Assembly: GCA_963830235.1 (NCBI GenBank)
Contig: CAWHLR010000028.1
Span: 3,454-67,453 of the forward strand
Length of the DNA: 64,000 nucleotides
Source: an uncultured Verrucomicrobiae bacterium
GTDB taxonomy: Bacteria > Verrucomicrobiota > Verrucomicrobiia > Limisphaerales > UBA11358
Reading direction: 5' to 3'
Shown: one piece after another, positions 17,416 through 25,542 of the stretch
Numbering within the stretch: the stretch's first letter is position 1
How the letters are laid out: every line of letters starts with the position of its first letter
Notes under the pieces: model-generated
Told to the model about the DNA's origin: nothing
Databases searched by the model: none
Seen by the model: the letters and a program-made list of their open reading frames with translations, nothing else
Translations under genes and position numbers: made by a program

Positions 17416-19215
17416 TTACTTGGGAATGATTTGAATGCCGTTGACCGGCGCCCGGAGAGTGCCGGCGCCGTTGGCCACCGGCGTGGCGCTCAACGTGAAG
17501 CCCGACACATTCGGGATGGAGAACCGCACATAATTGCCGGCCGAGTTGCTGGCCTGAATGAACGTGCCGCTGAAATCGGTGTTGGCCGTGTCAATGCCGG
17601 CGATGCTGGTCGTGGTGATGCCCGTGCCGGTGATGGTGTAACTGCCCTTGCGGGTTTCGGGATTGCTCCCGTCAAAATAGACATACACGTTCCAGCCGCC
17701 GGTATTTGGGGGTAGCCAGCCCACCGTGACGGCCGTGGTGGTCACGTTGCCGGTGTCCAGATAATTTCTCATCATCCGGTTGTTGCCGGCGGTGTCCAAG
17801 ACTCCAGTATTATAGACGCCGTTGGCCGACCAGGTTAACGCCGCGCCGCAAGGAGTGCCGGTAAAATCGTTCAACGACAAGCTGCCGCTGCTGCCGGTGG
17901 CATTGTTCCAATTGGTTTCGGCCACCACGCCGGCGCTTTCCATACCGCCCATTTGCGTGCCATTGCCGGAAAAGTTGATGGAAATCGGGCTGGCCATTAT
18001 CTTCAACTGATAAAACTTCAGAGCTGCGGCCGGGGCATAAGTGTAAGGTGAAGCGGCATTGTTGGTCACCCACGGCCCGGTCAGATTGGTCGCCTCCAAC
18101 AGCGTGCCTGACTGCCAGGTCAGAACCATGTTAGGCCCGGAATTTTGAAGGCTCAAAAGCGCGTTCACCGGTCCAAAATTCCATTTTTGGATTGAGTAGC
18201 AGACCGTCCGCCAGCTTCCGTTGGTGTTGACCATCGAGTAATAATCCGAGCATCCGGGATACTGGTAAGCCCAAATGCCCACACCAGCGAAGTTCCCGTT
18301 CCGGGCGCTGTAGAGGGCATCCAGCTCGCAGTTGCTTTGGATGGAATCGTTCCAGTTGGTGTTGGCCTGGCCGCATTCTCCGATATAAACCGGCTTGTCC
18401 ATGTTCAGGCTCGCGGCGGTGGGAAAGGCCGGGGCGTCCTGATAGTTGTGGAAGTCGTAGAAATCCAGTCCCAGTCCTTTGAAGTAACTCAGGTTGTACC
18501 ATTGATGCCAACCGGTCGAGCAACTGACCAGCCGGTTGGAATCGGCGCTGTGAACCGCCGAGGCGAAATCTGTGATGTAAGCCTGCGCCTGCGCCCAAGT
18601 CGGACCCGTGTTGCCATAATTGCCCAACGATCCCTGCACGCACCCGTCAATTTCATTCATCAAATCAATGGCAAAAATCGCGGAGTTGCCCTTGTATCGC
18701 TGGATCATCGGGATCAAAGCGTTGGTCTTGTAGGCGTCTGCCTGAGCCGGATTGGAAAGCCAGTCCTCCCGCCCGTTGTTGAGGGTGACATACAGCTTGA
18801 TGCCGTTATTGGCGGCCAGTTGGACGCAATTGTCCATATTGGACCAGAACAGCGCCGTCACCCCCGTGACATTGTCATTGGCGTCAATGGTGCAACCCAT
18901 GTCGCCTTGATTGATCCAGATACGCACCACATTGATTCCCATGTTATGCATGTCGGCCAAATACTTGTTCATGTGCGCCGAGTTGTAGCCGCAGCCCCAA
19001 CCTGGCTCGGTGGGATCAATTCCAATCCAAGTGTTGTAATCCCCATCGAGCCAGGGCAGGTTCGCCCCCTTGATGAACGTACCGTTGATCAATTGGGTTC
19101 TGGCCGGCGCGGCGGCCATGAGTGCTATTGCGGACAACAGGGTGACCAGTAACAATTGCGGTATGACTTTCACCGTTTTCAAAAGCAGCTTATTCTGGGT
19201 TGCGATGTTTTGCAT
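17416..19215 (-). CDS. Secreted glycoside hydrolase family 5 (mannanase/cellulase-type) with C-terminal non-catalytic domains
   Basis: Signal peptide from the ATG at 19215 (MQNIATQNKLLLKTVKVIPQLLLVTLLSAIALMAAAPARTQ). GH5-type motifs NVVRIWI, AIDLMNEIDG (acid/base NE), VYIGECGQ (nucleophile E). Confidence 0.75.
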   Translation of the reverse strand: MQNIATQNKLLLKTVKVIPQLLLVTLLSAIALMAAAPARTQLINGTFIKGANLPWLDGDYNTWIGIDPTEPGWGCGYNSAHMNKYLADMHNMGINVVRIWINQGDMGCTIDANDNVTGVTALFWSNMDNCVQLAANNGIKLYVTLNNGREDWLSNPAQADAYKTNALIPMIQRYKGNSAIFAIDLMNEIDGCVQGSLGNYGNTGPTWAQAQAYITDFASAVHSADSNRLVSCSTGWHQWYNLSYFKGLGLDFYDFHNYQDAPAFPTAASLNMDKPVYIGECGQANTNWNDSIQSNCELDALYSARNGNFAGVGIWAYQYPGCSDYYSMVNTNGSWRTVCYSIQKWNFGPVNALLSLQNSGPNMVLTWQSGTLLEATNLTGPWVTNNAASPYTYAPAAALKFYQLKIMASPISINFSGNGTQMGGMESAGVVAETNWNNATGSSGSLSLNDFTGTPCGAALTWSANGVYNTGVLDTAGNNRMMRNYLDTGNVTTTAVTVGWLPPNTGGWNVYVYFDGSNPETRKGSYTITGTGITTTSIAGIDTANTDFSGTFIQASNSAGNYVRFSIPNVSGFTLSATPVANGAGTLRAPVNGIQIIPK

Positions 19216-19356
19216 GATTATACGTTCTCGTTGTGCGGACTGGTTATAATTCGCACCGGTCCGCCACCATGCACAATACCACACTGGCTTTCAGAAAGCA
19301 TTGTGCTCCCGAAATAAAAGCATCCCGGCTTGAACAAAATGCCGCATTGCGGTTGA

Positions 19357-22300
19357 TCATTGGCTGACGCGATAGAATCGTGACCGGTCGGTTGCGTTGA
19401 GGTTGGTAAACGACAGCACTCCGCTGGCTGGCGCGCTGGTCCACACCGGAGTCCAGCCCGCCGTCAGGTTGGTGGACGTTTGCAACACGTAATTCTGTCC
19501 GTTCTGCCCCTGGAACGTCAGCCGGAACTGGCCGTTGGCTTGCGTGCCGGGCAACATTAGACTCAGCGGCTGCACCACAAGGTTGATCGTGGCCGGGGAA
19601 GTATTGGTGGCGCCGGAATTGTCCGTGGCACGCGCGCTCAGGGTGTAACTGCCGACCGTGGCATTGTTCCACGTCAGGCTGTACTGGCTGCCAACGCCGC
19701 TGGTGACATTGCCCAGCAGGTTTGTGCCGTTGAAAAACGCCACATTGGTCACCGTGCCGTCCGCATCCGTGGCCGAGGCGGTCAGGGTGATTGTCTTGGG
19801 CTGGATGAAGGTGGAGTTGTTGGTCGGAACCACCCAACTGATCAACGGCGGCACATTGGTCGGTTTCGCGCTGACTTCTGTGGAGTTGGCTCCCGCACCC
19901 GCCTGATTGAACGCCGAGACGACATAATAATACGTCGTTCCGTTGGCCAAGTCGGTGTTGGTGAAGGCCAAGCTGGTTTGGTTGGTGTAAATAATCGTGT
20001 AGGAGCCGCCGGAAACCAGTGACCGCTTGACATAATAACCACTGGCATTCGCCACCGAGTTCCAGTTCAGGATGACCTGTCCATTGCCGGCGCTCGCGTT
20101 CAATCCTCCCGGAGCAAGCGGAATCGAAACAACGGTCAGACTGAAATCATCGTAAGCCGCCCAGGTGCCGGCGGTTTTGCCGCTGTTTTTCGCAGTGACA
20201 AACGAGACGCCAATGTATTTTCCGGCATCAGCGGAACCGGCGGTGTAAGTCATCGTGTAAGGCGTCCAAACCCCGCCGGGCATTCCATTGGTTTGAAGGG
20301 CCAGTTGGACGGTGCTGGCGTAAGCCGTGTTGGTAGCGGCCGCCCGCAAGAGTGTGACGGTTTGCTTCGGATCACTGGAGTTGGTCCCCGCATATGTGGA
20401 ATTGGTGCCGTTTGATTCGCCCTTCGACCACCAGGTGAGGGTAATCTGGTCGCCCGTTTGGATCTGATAATTGCCGGCGATCTGGTACGCGCCATCGTCG
20501 CTCGATTGCCCGTATCCCTCCCACGCACCGCTGTGGCCGCCGGACTGAACGCCGGTATCGGCGTAAGTGGTTCCGGAATTGGTCCAGCCCGGGACGGTGG
20601 CATAGCCGGTTTTGATTTTAACTGTGCCAGGCAACTCAAATCCGGGATTGGTCAGAAGGTTGTTGGTATTCGATGACCCATAACTCAGGCTGACGTTGTC
20701 CAGCATGGACGTATTGAGCGCGGAGTCGGTATGCGAACAGACCACGAGGCCGATATAGGCGCCGACGGCCATGTTGGAGATGACTTGCGTGCCGAACTGG
20801 TTCCAAGTGTTGCCGTCGGCGGAATTATAAGCCGTGAAGGTGTTGTTGGTGCGGGTAAGTCGCACCCAGTATGGCGGGGAACCGCCCGCTCCGACTGAGT
20901 TGGCGTAAGCCCCGGTATTGGTTCGCGTGATAAATTCGGTGGAACCGGGCTCCATGTCCACCATCGCATGGCGTGAATTCGCGGCGAGCGTCTCCCGGAT
21001 CATGACCCCGGCTTTGGCGTTGCCGGAAGTGACCTGCACGCTCACGACGCGGGCGCGGATGTCGCAATTGGTGCTGAATGGAACATAAACATAAACGAAC
21101 TGGAACTCATCGGCGGTGTTCCAAATGTCCGCGCCGGACCCGATGAGGGTGAACTGCCCCCCACAGTACGTCGCGCTGCCGGCAATGCCAACAGTGCCAA
21201 CATCCGCACTGACAAATGGCGATGGCAACACGCCAGGCACCGTGACGGTAATTTCCGGGGAAGGCACACTTTCAACCCCGCCCACCATCATTGTAACGAC
21301 GTAATAGTAGGTTTGGCATGTGCTGACGGTGGTGTCCGTGAAATTGGTGGTGGTCAGGCCGGTCGCGACCGGGGTGTAAGGCCCGCCGCTGACCAGTGAC
21401 CGCTTCACGTTATAGCTGGTTGCCCCGACATGCGCGTACCATAGCAACTGAACTTGAGAACTGACGACGGAGGGCGTCAACCCAGCGACAAAGGCCATCG
21501 GAGTCACGCTCACCTCGGTGGAATTTCCGCTTTCACCGGTCGGGTTGACCGCCGATACCACGAAGTAATAGGGCGTGCCGTTCACCAAACCGGTGACCAC
21601 GAGGCTGGTGATCGTAACATTCGTGACCGTCGGGTAAGACCCGCTGCTGGTCCCGCGCTTGACATTGTAACTCGCCGCCCCGGAAGCACCCGCCCAGCTT
21701 AACGTCACCTGGGTGTCGCCCCGCGTGGCCGTGACGCCCGTTGGCACGGTCGGCACCGGCGGCAGATGTGGGGTTCCGCTGACCTGGACGGAACTGACAC
21801 TTTCTCCATTCGCATTCACGGCGGTCACGACGTAGTAGTAGGCAGTCAGATTGACGACGTTGGTGTCAATGAAGCCGATGGTCGCGATGTTAGTAGCAAT
21901 GATGCTGTAAGGTCCACCGCTGGTGGTGGATCGTTTCACGTTGTAGGTGAGCGCGCCGGGGACCACATCCCAACTAATGACGTTCTGCTGGTTGGTCGCG
22001 ATGGCCGCAACGGAGACCGGGGCGGCGGGAGCCGGCAAGGTGGCTGTTTCCGTGATGGTAAGATTGGTCGAGGTCAATCCGGTTGAACTCGCGGTCAGGG
22101 AGATGGAGCCAGTCTGATTGGTGGACTGGACGATGACCTGGGCCAGGCCGTTGAATAGGTAACGCTGGCTGGCCTTGTCTGCTTCGAGCGAAGTGGGATT
22201 GCCGTTGCCCACGCCGATGATGGCGCCACCACTGACGGTAAAGGTGACCAGGTTCGAAGCCGTGGGCACGATGCGGCCGGCCGAATCCAAAGCCGCCACC

Positions 22301-24540
22301 GTCACGACCGACACGTCGCGGCCATCCGCGAGAATCGTGTTGCGGTCGGGAATGAGCGCCACCGCGGCTGGCACGCCGGTGGTCTGCACCGAGTTGGTTA
22401 CGACCGCCTGGCCGTTGCGATAGCCGACCGCCAGGAGAGTGCCTGCCGCGTAAGGCACATTCCAGGCAACGTGGTTGGTAACCAGCAGCGCCTGCTGTCC
22501 CTGGCTGACGCCGTTGAGGAACAATTCCACCAGATCGCAATTGCCATAGACCCAAACGCTGATCGGCTGGCCTTCACTCCCGGCCCAATTCCAGTGCGGG
22601 AAAATGTGCAGCACGGGTTTGACCGTCCAGTTGGCCTGGTAATAAAAATAATTGTCCTTCGAAAAACCGCACGTGTCCATCACGCCAAAATGCGAGTTAA
22701 TGTCGGGCCACCAGTATGGCGTCGGCTCGCCGCGATAATCAAAGCCGGTCCAGATGAACCCGCCCGAAGTCCAGGGCCGGGCATGGAAAAATGGGAACCA
22801 GGTTTCCGCCAGTTGATCGCTGTTGAGTTCGAGATCGTAAGAGGAGCAATAATCGGCGCTGCTGTTATTCGTGTAAATGCCGCGCGTCGAGAGGGTGCTC
22901 GCCACCTCGGTGCCGAGGAACTTGTCCGTCGGAGTGGATTGTTGCAAAGAAGCCATGTCATTGATGTCGTAATTAAAACCGACAACGTCTTCAACCATGG
23001 CGAAGCTCGGGTTGCCATAGGAGCCATTGATCGGAATCGTACACAGGCGGGTGGAATCCATCGAGTGGGCCAGATTTTGCATGGGGGTGTAAAGATCCTC
23101 CGCGATCTGGCTGGCTTGGATATAATACTCTTCATTCCCAAGCGACCAAGCCAGGATGCTGGGATGATTCCGGTCGCGCAAAAGAAGGCGGGTCAATTCG
23201 TTCAACGGCTCGGCGTTGGTGCCGAGGCGGCGGTTCTCATCCAGCACCAAAATGCCCAGCCGGTCGCAGTCATCCAACAACTCCGCCGCCGGCATGTTGT
23301 GCGAGGTGCGATAACCGTTTACCCCCATCTGCTTCATGCGCTCGAGCCGATAGTAGAGCAGGCGATCCGGCACGGCGGATCCCACCCCCGCGGCGTCCTG
23401 GTGATTGCACACGCCGAAAATTTCCACCCGCTGGCCGTTGAGGGTAAAACCATTGGTTGAATCGAAGGAAACCGTGCGCGCCCCAAACGTCGTTGTATAA
23501 ACATCCGCCACGGCAGTGGCGTTGCTGACGGTGGAAACCAGATTATAAAGATACGGCGTTTGCAGCGACCAAAGATGGGCGCTGACCACGGTGAGCGTCT
23601 GGGTCACGACCAAGCCCTGGCCGGCGGCCAGATTGAGATTTGAGGTGACAGCGGTCACCGCGTTGCTGTTGGCGTCGAGAATGGTCGAAGTCAAACTGCC
23701 ATTGACCGTCGCGGAACCGCTCTGGTTCGTGACCGTGGTTTGCACGGTGACGGTGGCGTTGGCTCCGGCGATTGCAGTCGTGACGTACGTGCCCCAGTGG
23801 GCCACATGCACCGGATTTACATCTGTGAGCCACACATGGCGGTAAATGCCGGCGCCTTCATAGAACCAACCCTCAAACCGGCTGGCATCCACGCGCACGA
23901 CCAAAACATTCGTCCCGCCGGGGTTGGCGTAGGGGGTAACATCATAATAAAAGCTGGCGTACCCGCTGACGTTCCGGCCCAGAATGTGGCCGTTCAGCCA
24001 GACCAGCGAGTTGCGATAAACGCCGTCAAAATCCAGCCAGAGCGTCTGCCCGGCATAGCCCGATGGAATCGTAAAGGTGCGACGGTACCAGCCGACGTTG
24101 TTCGTGGTATAGCTGGAGTTGCCGACGGTCTTGAAGCCATGGCTTCCATCGGCGTTCTGGTCGAAAGGCAGTTCCACCACCCAGTCGTGCGGCAGATTCA
24201 ACGAACGCCAGGCGCTGTCGTTGTAGTTCGTCTGGACAAAGGAAACATTCTCCCCCGCATGCGTCGCCATGATGTCCACCCGGATGGTCTGCAGGTAGGT
24301 TTCCGAACCGGTCCCGGTAAGCTGGGCAGGCTCAACCTTGGCCAGATCGGCAATCTCGGGATACCAGGTGACATTCGTGGTGACATCCACCGGATCGCCC
24401 AGTTGAAAACGCCAGCCTGAGTCAATCAACGTTCGATCCCGGCCCGGCGCAAAGCTAATACTGCCAAACAAGAGGAATAAAAACGCGACGGCAACCAAAC
24501 ACCGGTGAACGACAGGACTGAGGGAGAATTTTGAATTCAT
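19357..24540 (-). CDS. Giant secreted glycoside hydrolase family 2 protein with FN3 arrays, ConA/LamG-like and CBM-like domains, Ig-like domain and C-terminal tail module
   Basis: Signal peptide from the ATG at 24540. GH2 sugar-binding and TIM-barrel motifs (GWRFQLGDP..., NHQDAAGVGSAVPDR..., AWSLGNEE). At least 5 FN3-like units (..YNVKRS.TSGGPY...YYYVVTAVN..GES). Ends ...TNLTAGWTPVW...RFYRVSQ. Confidence 0.85.
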   Translation of the reverse strand: MNSKFSLSPVVHRCLVAVAFLFLLFGSISFAPGRDRTLIDSGWRFQLGDPVDVTTNVTWYPEIADLAKVEPAQLTGTGSETYLQTIRVDIMATHAGENVSFVQTNYNDSAWRSLNLPHDWVVELPFDQNADGSHGFKTVGNSSYTTNNVGWYRRTFTIPSGYAGQTLWLDFDGVYRNSLVWLNGHILGRNVSGYASFYYDVTPYANPGGTNVLVVRVDASRFEGWFYEGAGIYRHVWLTDVNPVHVAHWGTYVTTAIAGANATVTVQTTVTNQSGSATVNGSLTSTILDANSNAVTAVTSNLNLAAGQGLVVTQTLTVVSAHLWSLQTPYLYNLVSTVSNATAVADVYTTTFGARTVSFDSTNGFTLNGQRVEIFGVCNHQDAAGVGSAVPDRLLYYRLERMKQMGVNGYRTSHNMPAAELLDDCDRLGILVLDENRRLGTNAEPLNELTRLLLRDRNHPSILAWSLGNEEYYIQASQIAEDLYTPMQNLAHSMDSTRLCTIPINGSYGNPSFAMVEDVVGFNYDINDMASLQQSTPTDKFLGTEVASTLSTRGIYTNNSSADYCSSYDLELNSDQLAETWFPFFHARPWTSGGFIWTGFDYRGEPTPYWWPDINSHFGVMDTCGFSKDNYFYYQANWTVKPVLHIFPHWNWAGSEGQPISVWVYGNCDLVELFLNGVSQGQQALLVTNHVAWNVPYAAGTLLAVGYRNGQAVVTNSVQTTGVPAAVALIPDRNTILADGRDVSVVTVAALDSAGRIVPTASNLVTFTVSGGAIIGVGNGNPTSLEADKASQRYLFNGLAQVIVQSTNQTGSISLTASSTGLTSTNLTITETATLPAPAAPVSVAAIATNQQNVISWDVVPGALTYNVKRSTTSGGPYSIIATNIATIGFIDTNVVNLTAYYYVVTAVNANGESVSSVQVSGTPHLPPVPTVPTGVTATRGDTQVTLSWAGASGAASYNVKRGTSSGSYPTVTNVTITSLVVTGLVNGTPYYFVVSAVNPTGESGNSTEVSVTPMAFVAGLTPSVVSSQVQLLWYAHVGATSYNVKRSLVSGGPYTPVATGLTTTNFTDTTVSTCQTYYYVVTMMVGGVESVPSPEITVTVPGVLPSPFVSADVGTVGIAGSATYCGGQFTLIGSGADIWNTADEFQFVYVYVPFSTNCDIRARVVSVQVTSGNAKAGVMIRETLAANSRHAMVDMEPGSTEFITRTNTGAYANSVGAGGSPPYWVRLTRTNNTFTAYNSADGNTWNQFGTQVISNMAVGAYIGLVVCSHTDSALNTSMLDNVSLSYGSSNTNNLLTNPGFELPGTVKIKTGYATVPGWTNSGTTYADTGVQSGGHSGAWEGYGQSSDDGAYQIAGNYQIQTGDQITLTWWSKGESNGTNSTYAGTNSSDPKQTVTLLRAAATNTAYASTVQLALQTNGMPGGVWTPYTMTYTAGSADAGKYIGVSFVTAKNSGKTAGTWAAYDDFSLTVVSIPLAPGGLNASAGNGQVILNWNSVANASGYYVKRSLVSGGSYTIIYTNQTSLAFTNTDLANGTTYYYVVSAFNQAGAGANSTEVSAKPTNVPPLISWVVPTNNSTFIQPKTITLTASATDADGTVTNVAFFNGTNLLGNVTSGVGSQYSLTWNNATVGSYTLSARATDNSGATNTSPATINLVVQPLSLMLPGTQANGQFRLTFQGQNGQNYVLQTSTNLTAGWTPVWTSAPASGVLSFTNLNATDRSRFYRVSQ

Positions 24541-24832
24541 ATTGCTGGAACAACTTTCTTCAACAACTTTGGGGTTCTGTTTCGAATTATGGGATTTTAC
24601 AACATTAAAAACATAGGCCGGATGCAGCAGTTCGTATGCCTTCACATGCCTCGTAAATCACCTGCATGGCTGTCCTGGGTCCGCATGTGGAAGCTAAAAA
24701 CCGCTGGATAACGACTGGCTCTGAGCGTTTGGTCTGGATTTCCAAAGGCAAATACAGCGACGGTCGCTCCGGGCAACAACACCATTCGCTGCCTTGCAAT
24801 CTGTTGTACAACATAGATTTTCGTAAGACACC

Positions 24833-24868
24833 TGTAGCGACGGCTCATTCCTGTTCGCCTGAATGAGC
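24833..24868 (+). repeat. REP element (TGTAGCG-NCG + hairpin family)
   Basis: tgtagcgacGGCTCATTCctgttcgcctGAATGAGC has the same 5' box as the copies at 48464-48488, 50094-50118 and 50143-50166. Confidence 0.6.
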
Positions 24869-25068
24869 ATCTCGATGCGGGTATCCTAATCAATTTAACA
24901 CGAACCCCCGGCGGCGTTACAATAAATATGAAGTGAGTTTTCGTCTCAGGCACGACCGGGTGCAGCTTAACATACGCACCAAACGGAAATCACTCCCTCT
25001 CCCCGCCAAACGAGGAGAGAATTCCCCGAAACGAAATGTCGCGCGTTGAACCCCAGAACCTGCTTGTC

Positions 25069-25139
25069 GGGAGCGCCGGCGTCTCGCCGGCCAGTCGGGA
25101 GCAGAAAACGAAACTCGCCGGCGAGACGCCAGCGCTCCC
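25069..25139. repeat. 23-bp-stem GC-rich palindromic element immediately downstream of the GH28 gene (terminator-like REP)
   Basis: gggagcgccggcgtctcgccggc (25069-25091) pairs with gccggcgagacgccagcgctccc (25117-25139), 22/23 complementary, 25-nt loop. Confidence 0.85.
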
Positions 25140-25149
25140 AGGAATTAAA

Positions 25150-25542
25150 TCAAAACTGCTTTTGCTCCACACGTTCCAGCTTTTGGTCCGGCAGGGGCGG
25201 GCTTTGGTGGAGGTTGAAGTCCTGGACGTTTTTCAGACTGAATGACGGAGCATTCGAGATTGCCTGCCAGCGGACATTTTGAAAATTTGCGCCGTCCACA
25301 TCCTCAAGCACAAATGCCGGACGCAGATCCTCCTTCAACGTGCGCAGCGTGACATCGCTGAATTCCATTCCCTTCGCGTGCCGGATAAAGAAACCCCAGG
25401 ACGGCATCGTGCCGAACATGCCGGGTTCCGGATAAGCGGCTTCCTTTTCCGGGGGTTGGAGCGCGGCCTCCTTGGCAGTGCCGCCGCCTTCCTGGAGGAA
25501 ATGAATGTCGCTGATCCGCACGTCCTCGAACGGGATGGCCGG
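25150..25542 (-). CDS. C-terminal remainder of the GH28 domain in the +1 frame (same gene as 25304-28027; frameshift or pseudogene)
   Basis: This frame reads ...AIPFEDVRISDIHFLQEGGG...FFIRHAKGMEFSDVTLRTLKEDLRPAFVLEDVDGANFQNVRW..., a typical GH28 C-terminus. It joins the upstream frame within the run CCCCGGCCATCCC. Confidence 0.7.
   Translation of the reverse strand, partial: PAIPFEDVRISDIHFLQEGGGTAKEAALQPPEKEAAYPEPGMFGTMPSWGFFIRHAKGMEFSDVTLRTLKEDLRPAFVLEDVDGANFQNVRWQAISNAPSFSLKNVQDFNLHQSPPLPDQKLERVEQKQF

Noticed and set aside
24990-25245. Short ORFs containing SAGVSPAS... / LAGETPALP...
   Set aside because: They are translations of the two arms of the 23-bp-stem palindromic REP element at 25069-25139.
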